64,000 nt of DNA from Octopus vulgaris (lineage: Eukaryota). Shown here piece by piece: positions 52,000 through 64,000 of the stretch. A program made the position numbers and the translations under genes. The DNA lies in NCBI GenBank assembly GCA_951406725.2, contig OX597837.1:24800001-24864000 (forward strand). The letters are read 5' to 3'. Below the pieces are notes generated by a model. The model searched no databases. It saw only the letters and a program-made list of their open reading frames with translations, and was not told the DNA's origin. The first letter of the stretch is position 1. Each line of letters begins with the position of its first letter.

Positions 52000-54330
52000 T
52001 TACAGGCTGCCCTTTGGCAAGGCATAGCACCTGTTCAGCCACCCTGCCAGGGATACAGTGAAGTCATGGGATTGCAGTCTGACGGATTGTGAAGAGGTAG
52101 TGGAAGAGTTCAGCTGAACCAATGGTGCTTCTTACATAACTGTTGAGCAGAGGAATCCTACAACATCAATGGTCAGGACTAGCAAGCTCTATCAAGAGAT
52201 TAACTGCAACACATCGATAGGGATGGTATCCATGGTTGTGTAATCTCAGCTAATGAAGGATTCAGTATGACTCATGCTCATAATTCAAATTCATGATAAT
52301 GGTATTGGATGGCAACAGAGAGTCATGTGAATCTACGAAAGCAGGGAAAAGAAGAAAAGGGATACTTTGAGACACAAGTCATTGATGGATCTTGTTATCT
52401 CTGATTTTTTTTTAATTCCGTGCTGGATTTTGTGTAAGGAGAGAGGGGCTGAGTTATCAGCTTATCACTACCTAGTTATCTGCAACCTGAGACTAGGATA
52501 GATGGATGAGTGGGTGGATGGCTGGGTGGACAGATGGATGGATGGATGGATGAATGGATAGATGATTGGCTGGTTGGTTGATTGGTTGGTTGGATGGGTG
52601 ATTGGATGGAAGTTGTGAGAACTCACAAAACTGATCAGTCCAGTGTGACTTACAGGATAAAGTGAGAAGCCCTGACAGATGGAAGGATAAGAAAGAAATA
52701 TGTGAACTCTATTGCATCCAAATTCAGAGACTTTTCTGAATAAACTGAGGATGCTGAAACAGAATGGAAATTGTTTTTTATTTGGCAGTTTCTTCTCTGG
52801 ATGTACAATATTTTGGGATAAAGTGGCTCAGTATGGTAGCAGGCAGTCAAAAATGCCTTCTGAACAAAAACAGGGGTTTATGAAGCCTGACTCAGAAACA
52901 AGTCTCCCCTTCTGAGCACAAAAAGTTTCAACAGCAGTAATAAAAATGTCCAAGATTAGGTTATAAGTGAACTTTTGGAGTAAGCTGGATTCTGACTTTA
53001 GATTTGGCCAATAAAGAATTCTGGATGACCATCTGCCAACTTCATAACAAGAAGCTGTCTTCCACACTTACCATTAAGAACTTGGTTGGAGGCGGGGTTC
53101 TTCTTCTACAAAACGGAGGATTCTTAGGAAGAAAAGAGAATACTTTTGCTGATTTTCTAAATCCAGTCATGATAAAATATTCTAGTAGGCATGAGGTCCA
53201 TCTAGGAGCAAATGCTAACCTCCCAGAGGCTGGAGTTATAGAGGTGATTAAAGCACTCAAATGTGGTAAGGCTACTGGGGAGGATGAAATTTGACCTAAG
53301 CTGTTAAAAGCCTTAGCCCTTTAGTATTTAAACCGGCCATATCCGGCCAAAATAGTTCATCTGTTTTATGTTCAAACTGACCAGATCCAGGCTCTCGCAC
53401 CTACCCTACAATGTTATTCTACATTAAGTAATTACACCATCAAGATCTTGAAGATATGAGATAATGCATGATTAATTCAAATCAATAAGCATTATGTTTG
53501 ATAGAATAATCTGAACACTAAAGGGTCATGGTTGACTCATGTATGCCAGTTGGCCTGGACCTATGGACAGACAATAAAGCAATGGTAATCTGGGAGTGTT
53601 TTTAAAAAGGGAGACAAGAGAGAGTGCCCAAATTATGGAGGAATCTCCTTATTGAGCCTCTCTGGAAAAGTGTACACTAGGTATCTGGAAAAGGGAAGTA
53701 GAGAAATTGTCAAGTCCAGTCTTGCTGAAGAATAGTGCAGCTTCTATCTTGGATGCAGCACAACTGACCAGATATTCTCTGTGTGGCAGGTCTTCAAGAG
53801 ATTGTGGGAATATTGGTTTCAAATTTTGACACAAGGCCAGCAATTTTGAGGAGGGGGTTTAAGTTGATTATATAACAGATTATATCAAGGCGGCGAGCTG
53901 GCAGAAACGTTAGCATGCCGGGCGAAATGCGAAGCCGTATTTCGTCTGCCGTTACGTTGTGAGTTCAAATTCCGCCGAGGTCGACTTTGCCTTTCATCTT
54001 TTCGGGGTCGATAAACTAAGTACCAGTTACGCACTGGGGTCGATGTAATCGACTTGATCCCTTGTCTGTCCCCTCTGTGTTTGGCCCCTTGTGGGTAGTA
54101 AAGAAATATATATCAGATTATATCGACCCCAGCGCTCAGCTGGTACTTATTTTATTGACCCCAAATGGATGAAATGCAAAGTCGACCGCTACAGCTTCGG
54201 CTGAGCATACTTAGGAATCCAGTTGGAAAACCTAACGATGGATGCTTTTGATGGGACCTTTTGGAGGAGGTGTCTGAGAACTCTATCCCAACAACCACCC
54301 CAGGAGTTGTGGGCAGAGAAGATGGATGGA
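52000..54330 (+). mobile_element. Heavily decayed Rex3/Expander-like RTE LINE with nested MITE and SINEs
   Basis: RGAELSAYHYLVIC (endonuclease SDH-motif remnant), EVIKALKCGKATGEDEI, (GATG)n tail at ~54320. Confidence 0.7.
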
Positions 54331-55119
54331 TGCATGGATGGACAAATAGATGGACAGATGGACAGATGGATGAATGGCTGGATGAATGGGTGGATGGCTG
54401 GGTGGACGGATGGATGGATGGATGAATGAATGGATAGATGGTTGGTTGGTTGGTAGGTTGGTTGATTGGTTGGTTGGATGGGTGATTGGATGGAAGTTAC
54501 CTTCCTGTATTTAACCTAAAACTATCAAACAAAGTAATCTCCCAGAATGTAATAAACGTGCATATTAATATAAGCTATCAGAAAAAGTCAGCCGCATATA
54601 ATTAAACTTAACATATCAAGGAAGTAATCTAGATGTCTTTAACCTAAAGATATCAAAGCAGTTATATGTATTTGTTCATAATGTAAAGATATCAAGAAAG
54701 TTATCTCTATACATTTAAATTAAACATATCGAGCAAGTCATTAAGATTTATGTAATGTAAAGATATCAAGGAAATCTGTATTTAACCTAAAGACACCAAG
54801 ACAGTCATCAACATACATTGACAGTTGTCAATAAAATAGGTATGGCCTATTGATGCAATTGTTTAGTCATCTACAATGAATACTTAGATTTATATAACCT
54901 ACAGTTATTGACTAGAGAGATATTGACAAGCCGAGGACAGAATCGACGCAGTTTTTAGATTTGCAGATGGAAATAACGATTGGATAAATACAGTTTGTGA
55001 CTGTTATAAGGTATATAGAGGATGAAGATGTTTACTGTAAATACATAGGGTCTTTTATTTGTTTTAGACATTAAACTGTGGCAGGAAAATGAAAGTAAAT
55101 CTTCATATCTTAATGTAAG

Positions 55120-56312
55120 CACCGGTGGCATCAACAAGTTTCCTCAAACGGCCAGGGATGGAATGAACAACCTTCTGAAGGATGCCATCTGGGATATCAT
55201 TGAAAACCTACTGAATTCATGCTTCCAAGTCTGTACACCTCTTTTGTGTAACCCCACAGGTAAAAATCACATGGAGTGAGATCTGATCTTCTGAACTTCT
55301 ACAGTCACAGTCTTCAGGTTTTAGCTCCTGCATGTAATGGGGTTTCCGCGGACGAAAATTCAATTCTTTATGCAACACCATACGTATTACGTGTCTTGTT
55401 AGTCCACTTTCACAAGCTGCTTGACATGTTGATTTTTGTGGGCTGTGATTAAACATTTCCTGCACTGTTACCCCATTCTCCACTGATGGGGATCTGGTTG
55501 GACAGCCACTTCTTCTTGCACCATTCACAGAGCCTGTGATCATCAGCTTTGCATGACAACTTTTTATTGTCTTCGGATGTAGTGTTGCATGCTTACCTTT
55601 CCATGCACACTACCATCTCTAAACTGAAACAATGGAATTCCACACATCATAGCATGCTGCTGAACAGTCATGCAACCAACCATCTGGAAAATAAGAAATA
55701 AGATATAAGACATTAAGAAAATAAGAACGCCCCATGCATAAGATCTGGTAATCAAATCTAAGTAGAGACTTCAAACTTAAAATCTTCAAAGTCACAGTCG
55801 AACCAATTCTACTACATGGCTCAGAAACCTGGACGTTATCAAAGAAGCTTGAGAGGCAGTTGGATGGAACTTACACTCGCCTTCTTATGAGAGCTCAAAA
55901 TCTCTTGTGGAAGCATCATCCAACCAAAATGCAAATATATAGGAAACTACCACCTGTGTCATCTCTTGTGACAGGTAGGAGAGTCCAGTTTGCTGGACAT
56001 TGTTGTAGAGCTGAAAACGAGGCAATTTCTACTCTTCTCCTCTGGAAGCCATCTACTCGCAATACCAGAGGGCGCACACTCTCCTACCCTGATGTAATCT
56101 CCAGGGATACAAACATCCAGCAACAGGACCTCTGTAATGCTATGATGGACCGTGAAGTCTGGTGTAGATTGGTAAATTCCATTGTCTCGATCACTGTCAA
56201 ACAATGATGATGATGATGTTGTCTGTTTTAAAAATGTTTTTTGACATAACTTCAGTGATACTAAAAATTCTATAAAAAATGTCTAATGCCTAGTTACCTT
56301 CCACCCACCCTG
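55120..56312 (-). mobile_element. Decayed rosa/DD41D-like Tc1/mariner element with an RTE LINE inserted at ~55730-56218
   Basis: VQEMFNHSPQKSTCQAA..KPHYMQELKPED and DLTPCDFYLWG; end CACCCTG|TA at 56312. Confidence 0.65.
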
Positions 56313-57014
56313 TATATGTATTTATATACTCGATACATTCACTGTGTACATCCTTTTGACTTTTGTTGTTTTTGTCTTATTTTTTATTTGCCTAGACACA
56401 CACACACACACATATATATTCAGTAAAATGGTTGGCATTAGGAAAGGCATTCAGCCATAAGAAGCAGGCCAAAACAGAGAGTGGAGCTTAGTGCTGTCCT
56501 CTGGCTTGGCAGCTCCTGTCAAACCATGCACCCATGCCAGCATGGAAAGAAGACAATAAATGCTGATGATGAGGATGATATAGGAGTGGGTGTGTGGTAA
56601 GTAGCTTGCTTACCAACCACTTGGTTCAGGGTTCAGTCCCACTGCATGGCACCATGAATATGTGTCTTCTACAATAGCCTCAGGCCAACCAAAGTCATTG
56701 TGGGTGGATTTGGTAGACGGAAACTGAAAGAATCCCATCATATATATATAAATGTGTGTGTGTGTGTGTGTGTTTGTCCACTCCACCATCATTTGACAAC
56801 CGATGTTGGTATGTTTACGTCCCTGTAGCATAGATGTTCAGCAAAAGAGATTGATAGGGTAAGCACTAGGCTTACAAAGAATAAGTCCTGGGGGTCGATT
56901 TGTTCGACTAAAGGTAGTGCTCTAGCATGGCAACAGTCAAGTGACTGAAACAAGTAAAAGAGTAAAAGAATATATATGTATATACATACATACATACATA
57001 CATACATACATACA

Positions 57015-57238
57015 TGATGGCTGCTCCCTTGTTATAGAGTATGGCCATTGCACGAAGCTTAACTGTTACTGGTGCTGTGATCGAATGTGACTTTTTAGCC
57101 CAGCTAAAGATCTACAATGTCTTGTACAGAATTGGCAACTAAGACCTTTACCGGTAATAGCCGGCTGTAGTTGTAACTGGGCTTCATGTACCTTTGCATG
57201 TCGTTTAAGTCCTGCCGAATTACACTCTCTTCCACATG
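57015..57238 (-). mobile_element. RTE LINE 3' end encoding C-terminal C2H2-type fingers, inside (TACA)n
   Basis: CGRECNSAGLKRHAKVH..CQFCTRHCRSLAGLKSHIRSQHQ*; 3'UTR shared with 18349-18395. Confidence 0.75.
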
Positions 57239-57698
57239 CATACATACATACATACATACATACATACATACATACATACATACATACATACATACATACA
57301 TACATACATACATACATACATACATACATACATACATACATACAAACATGCATACATACATACATACAAACATACATACATACATACATACATACATACA
57401 TACATACATACATACATACATACATACAAACATACATACATACATACATACAAACATACATGCATACATACATACATACATACATGCATATATACATGCA
57501 TACACACATACACACACACATACATACATACATACATACATACATACATACATACATACATACATACATAAATACATATATAAATACATACATACACACA
57601 TGCATACCTACATACATGCATACATACATACATACAAACATGCATACATACATACACACATGCATACATACATACATACATACATACATACAAACATG

Positions 57699-57733
<35 letters not shown>

Positions 57734-57736
57734 ACA

Positions 57737-57770
<34 letters not shown>

Positions 57771-58484
57771 CATGCATACACACACACACACACACACACA
57801 CACATCATTTTTCTGTCATTTTATGTCGATCTACCTTTCCGAGCTATCATGACGATAATGATATACAGGACACCACTGACTAAACTAGTTCTTATTTACA
57901 GATGTCACCCTCCAGCTCTCCTTGAGAGGTCAGAAACAACCTACATCACTCATACATCCCATCCATTTCCAAATACGGTTTCTACAGCTGCCTACCCTTT
58001 TTAATTCCAACTCATTCAAGTTTACCGGGTACAATATATTACAATGATGGACCAGCGTGACAGAGGCTGACTTATCTCTCAACAGAGTTTGATGTGGTTC
58101 TTAGTGGCAATTAGAAACAGCTCAATAGGAAAACCTATTGCCTCCTTCAGCTTCATTTAACACCTGGCTGTAAAACATGATGCCAGCCACATCTGACTTG
58201 GTTGACTATAGATCTGATCAGGTATCTACTGCTGCTGCTATTATTACTACTACTACTAGTACTTCTACTGCTGCTGCTACTGCTATTACACTGTAGTTTA
58301 AGTAAATCGATGAACTAGTCCACCAGCAGTTGTGTTGTTAGCAGATCAATATCACAGGCTTCTGCTGTTGCAACAAACATCTTTCACCACATGCACATCT
58401 GCAGCAACATGCAATATTGCTACGTTACAATTGATCTGATATTTGTCACTCCGTGTGTACATATATATATGTATATATACATAC

Positions 58485-58515
<31 letters not shown>

Positions 58516-58760
58516 TATATCTCTATATATAAACGGCAGTTTGTCTGTGTGTGTTTCTGCGTGTCTGTCACGTTGTACCCTCACCTGACCACGGCTTTCA
58601 ACCGATTCTGATACTTACACACATAGCCCAATGTCATAATTACTAACGAAAATATAGTTCTGAAAAATCGATAAATCGACATGGGTATATACTACTTTTA
58701 ACTAAAAAAATTTACCATATATATACTCTCTAAAATACTTTATAGTTATATATATACTGC

Positions 58761-58792
<32 letters not shown>

Positions 58793-58817
58793 GACATATA
58801 TATACATATATTTATAC

Positions 58818-58852
<35 letters not shown>

Positions 58853-59485
58853 CATATATACACATATATATACATATATATATACATATATATATACATT
58901 TATACGTTTTTATATATATATATATATATATACACACACATATATATATACACATATATATATACATTTATAGGTGCAGGAGCGGCTGTGTGGTAAGTAG
59001 ATTGCTTATCAACCACATAGTTCCAGGTTCAGTCCCACTGCATGGCACCTCGGGCAAGTATCTTTTACTATAGTCTTGGGCCATTCAAAGCCTTGTGAGT
59101 GGATTTGGTAGACAGAAACTGAAAGAAGTCCATCGTGTATATGTGTGTGTGTGTGTGTGCACGCACATGTGTGTCTGTATTTGTCCTCTCACCAACGCTT
59201 GACAACTGTAACTCAGTGGTTCCACAAAACAGACCGATAGAATAAGTACTAGGCTTACAAAGAATAAGTCCTGGGGCCGATTTTACAGTTTGCATAAAAG
59301 GAAAAGAAAACACAATATCCCATCCAAAAATAAAAAGTATTTTTGAAAATCCAAAACAACATCTAGATTATGGCCGGGAGACAACACTTTGCTCAAAGTG
59401 GTTGCCCTCAGCTTTCACCACAGCCTTGAGATGGCTCCAGCACCTGGCTCATATGTTCATCACTGTGTCCCTTGGAACATTTCTG

Positions 59486-60316
59486 TGGCCTTGGCTGCCA
59501 ATTTGGCCTTGGCTGCCAACTTGGCCTTGGCTGCCAACTTGGCTTTGGCTGCCAACTTGGCCTTGGCTGCCAACATGGTCTTGGCTGCCAACTTGGCCTT
59601 GGCTGCCAACTTGGGTTTGGCTGCCAACTCAGCCTTGGCTGCCAACTTGGCCTTGGCTACCAACTTGGTCTTGGCTGCCAACTTGGCCTTGGCTGCCAAC
59701 TTGGCCTTGGCTGCCAACTTGGTCTTGGCTGCCAACTTGGCCTTGGCTGCCAACTTGGTCTTGGCTGCCAACTTGGCCTTGGCTGCCAACTTGGCCTTGG
59801 CTGCCAACTTGGCCTTGGCTGCCAACTTGGTCTTGGCTGCCAACTTGGCCTTGGCTGCCAACTTGGCTTTGGCTGCCAACTCAGCCTTGGCTGCCAACTT
59901 GGCCTTGGCTACCAACTTGGTCTTGGCTGCCAACTTGGCCTTGGCTGCCAACTTGGCCTTGGCTGCCAACTTGGCCTTGGCTGCCAACTTGGTCTTGGCT
60001 GCCAACTTGGCCTTGGCTGCCAACTTGGCCTTAGCTGCCAACTTGGCCTTGGCTGCCAACTTGGCCTTGGCTGCCAACTTGGCCTTGGCTGCCAACTTGA
60101 CTTTGGCTGCCAACTTGACCTTGGTTGTCAACTTGGCCTTGGCTGCCAACTTGACTTTGGCTGCCAACTTGACCTTGGCTGTCAACTTGGCTGTCAACTT
60201 GGCCTTGGCTGCCAACTTGGTCTTGGCTGCCAACTCGGCCTTGGCTGCCAACTTGGTCTTGGCTGCCAACTTGGCCTTGGCTGCCAACTTGGTCTTGGCT
60301 GCCAACTTGGCCTTGG
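59486..60316. repeat. 18-bp minisatellite TTGGCCTTGGCTGCCAAC, ~46 units
   Basis: Direct reading; variant block repeated at 252 bp (59629/59881). Confidence 0.97.
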
Positions 60317-60579
60317 TGTTTCAAGCAGAATGGTTGGTGTCTTTCTAACCACGTTGCTCACATAGTAATCCATAGAATTACAATTTCAGGAAATAAGAGG
60401 CCAGAAACTGGGGCTGGTGAAGTTGTAGAAATTCTCCAACAACCACTTCTGACTCTTTCTAAAGGTACAGCAAGAAGCCAAATCCTGCTGCTTCACATAT
60501 GGCCTTCCAGCTGCGCACTAGAAGACCATATTGACTGCAGTCTCTAGCTGCTTCACATAACTGTTTGAATTGAGCTTAA

Positions 60580-60968
60580 CCCTTTAGTATTTAAACTGGT
60601 CATATCTGACCCAAATATGCTGTGTTATGCTTTAAACCAGCCAGATCCAGCCTATCACACCTATCCTGCAATACCATTATAGGGTATACAATAACATCAT
60701 CAAAATTTTGAAGCTACAAAATAATGCACGATTAATTTTACTACACTCTCGGAGTGGTTGGCATTAGGAAGGGCATCCAGCTGTAGAAACACTGCCAGAT
60801 CAGACTGGAGCCTGGTGCAGCCTTCTGGCTTCCCAGATCCCCGGTCGAACCGTCCAACCCATACTAGCATGGAGAATGGACGTTAAACGATGATAATGAT
60901 GATGATAATTAAAAACAATATGAATGAAAAATCAATACATTTAACAAAATAATCAGAATGTTATAGGG
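60580..60968. mobile_element. piggyBac-like MITE with an inserted SINE C
   Basis: TTAA|CCCTTTAG ... TATAGGG|TTAA; related copies ~53316-53526, ~38740-39510 (split), ~40255-40420(-). Confidence 0.82.
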
Positions 60969-61347
60969 TTAAGGCCCTCTTCAAAATTATTGGAGGATGC
61001 AGTCAGGACATCTGTTTTGTCCCTTCTTGCTAGTCACAGCTCTGTTAAAGCTGTCCATGTCACAACATACAGCCTTTACAGTGTTCACAGAGCATTGAGC
61101 GGCAGTCATGAAGTCAACATTTTGATGCCCAGCATGAATCATCATGACACAGATAACTTTTTTCCAATACTCAATGGCTTCCTGTCCTCCATGTCAGCTA
61201 ACTTTTTTCTCAATCTTTATGCTTTCCAATGCCATTGACTGTTCACCAATTCATCAAGATGTTTCTGAAAAAAAAATGGGAGGCATAAAAGATCGTCAAA
61301 TTTAGCTCAAACAAACTGTATGTTTATATATATAAATATATATATGT

Positions 61348-61393
<46 letters not shown>

Positions 61394-61676
61394 ATATTTA
61401 TATATTTCTTCCTTCTGTTTTGCATATATGAATTACAGGGATATGTCGTATGTGGAGTCTCATTTGTAGAAAATAGAAATAAACAGTCTATGACTGCTAT
61501 TTCTAATTTTTTTCGGTATGCAGCTAAGCAACCTGTTGCCTGCCCCTTTTATTTATATACAATATATATATACTGAACTTTACAGAAGTTCCTACCGTTA
61601 ATGGTTATATTTACATGCCAAAATCTACCAGTAAATAATTGTTGGTTTTAAAAATCATTAAAGAAATTATTTACTC

Positions 61677-61724
<48 letters not shown>

Positions 61725-62282
61725 TAATCTACACAGTATGTAATTATGAGCTGCTAATAGCTTCATACACTGGAGATATTGTCTAGACAGTTTTTAATAA
61801 TATACCTAGTGTCTCTGAGCAATCTTTAGGCTCTGAGCACATGGCCTATACAATATACAAATCAGAACAATAGAACAAGAGAAATCACAAGCAAAGAATA
61901 AGAGGAGGATTGATGCAAAAAGTGGAAGGGTGAAAAAAACGGAAGAAGAAAGTAAAAAGAAGAGAATTAGAGTTACGTAAAGCCATAAAGCTAGTTGGTG
62001 TAGAATCAACAAAAAGGGTTTAAAGAGTTTCCAGTACAGCTGCACAGTCTAGAGAGGTTGGTGTACTCCAGGAAACTTGTACACATGTTTGCATTTGTTG
62101 AAAATTTCTGATCTGGACTTCAACAGTATAGTAAAATTCTTAGATTTAAAAAAGATATATAATCATTCAGTTGACTTGCATTTTTTAGATACATTAACAT
62201 ATGGTATAAATTTTTCTATGATTTTCCATTTAATTGTATGTGAAATGGAGTTGATCTGCAAGTCCCATATGTATATACATCC

Positions 62283-62313
<31 letters not shown>

Positions 62314-63487
62314 TGTATGTATGTATGTATGTATGTATGTATGTGTGTGTGTATGTATGTATGTATGTATATGTATATATACATGGAGTAGACGAAGCAG
62401 AGGCGGCTGAAGAAGGGGAATTTTCCTTGTGTTGTATGTCTTGTACATAGTTTTTTCGTTGTTTAAGAAAAATGTCCATTTCCTTGGTTTTGTTTTTATG
62501 TTTTCGTTTCTCATTGTGTTCGACGGTTTTTTGGTGTCCTGTATATATATGCATGTATATATACATATAGATGTAGGTACGTACATATATGTATGTGTAT
62601 ATGCATATGTTTTATTTATTATTTTGCTATTATATATATGTGTGTGTATATGTATGTATATATATGTATATGTATATGTGTAGTGTGTATGTGTATGTGT
62701 GTGAATGTGTGTTGGTGTGTCAGTGTGATATATGAATATATATGTATATCTATCTATCTATCTGTGTGTGTGTGTCTGTGTGTGTATTGCCGCCGGTGCC
62801 ACTGGAAGGGGAGTAATATTATTGCTGAAGATACCACATTGCATTTGACACTCTGGCTGGGGATTTGGTTAATTTCTATGTCTATTTTCTGCTTCTGCAT
62901 TTATTACATGTTTTTGAGTGGCTGTGTGGTTAAGTGGCTTGCTTACAAACCACATGGTTCCAGATTCAGTCCCACTGTGTGGCACCTTGGGCAAGTGTCT
63001 TCTACTATAGCCTCGGGCCAACCAAAGCCTTGTGAGTGGATTTGGTAGACGGAAACTGAAAGAAGCCTGTCGTATATATGTATATATATATGTATGTGTG
63101 TGTATATGTTTGTGTGTCTGTGTTTATCCTCCCAACATTGCTTGACAACCGATGCTTGTGTGTTTACGTCCCTGTAGCTTAGCGGTTCGGCAAAAGAGAC
63201 CGATAGAATAAGTACTAGGCTACTAGGCTTCCAAAGAATAAGTCCTGGGGTCAATTTGCTCAACTAAGGGTGGTGCTCCAACATGGCCACAGTCAAATGA
63301 CTGAAACAAGTAAAAGAGTAAAAGAGTATATATATATATATATATATATATTTCTCTCCTTGTTTTTTACTGTGTATCTTTCTGTCGAAGAGCGTAGGCT
63401 CAAAACATAAAAGAGCGCTATACCAATACATTTGTTTGTTTGTACTCCACCTGCCTTCATCTTTTGTTTATTTTCGTAAACTTTCCC

Positions 63488-63545
<58 letters not shown>

Positions 63546-63565
63546 CATTCACATGCACACATATA

Positions 63566-63610
<45 letters not shown>

Positions 63611-64000
63611 ATACATAGGTATGCATTATCGTCATCATACATACATACATGCATTCACACACACACACACACACATCATCATCATCATCATCATCATCGT
63701 CATCATTTTACTTCCTTGTTCACCAAACACTTTAATGAGTGTACACTGGGTGCATTTTATTGTGGTACCACCTCCTGTAAGGTGACATTGTATCCCACTG
63801 CACTAAAGAGTCTTCACTCTATGAATGTCCATCACTTTCACCATTGTCCATTCGTCTTTCTTCTTCTCAACCGACGCCCTCCCCCTCTCCAACCCAATTA
63901 CTCTGCTTCTGTCATACCCTCTTGCAACCTTCACCCATTCATTACGATTCTTAGTCTCTCAACTCTTTCCCTTCTAATCATCTTCTTGGACATGTTGCTA

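Larger units (their letters stand above)
59290..61270 (-). mobile_element. Decayed maT (DD37D) transposon hosting a minisatellite and a nested MITE
   Basis: Minus strand EGLKLNSNSYVKQLE..AAGRPYVKQQD..RKSQKWLLENF..FWPLIS*NCNSMDYYV..NTKAKLAA[n]..PRDTV..HLKAVVKAEGNHFE; same motif order as the 11160-12592 element. Confidence 0.85.

Noticed and set aside
57066-57238. Host C2H2 zinc-finger gene (a family expanded in octopus)
   Set aside because: No TGEKP linkers or splice acceptor; the 3' flank is shared with a dispersed retroelement, fitting an RTE ORF C-terminus.
59486-60316. Nuclear factor I full-site array, or a genuine histone H1/antifreeze gene
   Set aside because: TTGGC/GCCAA spacing is 1 or 7, not the 5 needed for NFI; there is no H1 globular domain and the flanks are broken transposase.

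Overview
AT-rich, repeat-saturated eukaryotic DNA, most likely an octopus (coleoid cephalopod); this is inferred from the SINE families, RTE/CR1 LINEs and extreme TA/TACA/GATA/CAT microsatellite load. The only host gene I can support is the last three coding exons of proteasome subunit beta type-7 (PSMB7, + strand: 509-567, 1826-1977, 3822-3939; polyA signal 4005-4010), which the ORF track misses. In the remaining ~60 kb I found no recognisable host exon, and almost all listed ORFs are microsatellite or TE read-throughs. It holds at least six SINE families, CR1 and RTE LINE fragments, decayed mariner (DD34D), maT (DD37D), Tc1 and rosa-like transposons, Helitrons, and piggyBac-, Tc2/pogo- and Merlin-like MITEs, often nested with readable TSDs. 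Most notable observations: (1) several minimal hammerhead-ribozyme motifs with palindromic stem III in TA-flanked Penelope/retrozyme-like elements, one inside a perfect 63-bp foldback; (2) a 1.9-kb 28-bp satellite with a 139-bp higher-order period carrying about 36 perfect AP-1 sites; (3) an 18-bp minisatellite born inside a dead transposase, giving a 281-aa (AAKAKL)n frame; (4) a Merlin-like MITE carrying telomeric repeats; (5) a TACA-associated RTE family with a covarying 5' hairpin; (6) four perfect AGGTCA nuclear-receptor half-sites in 40 bp. All calls were made by eye, without database searches.
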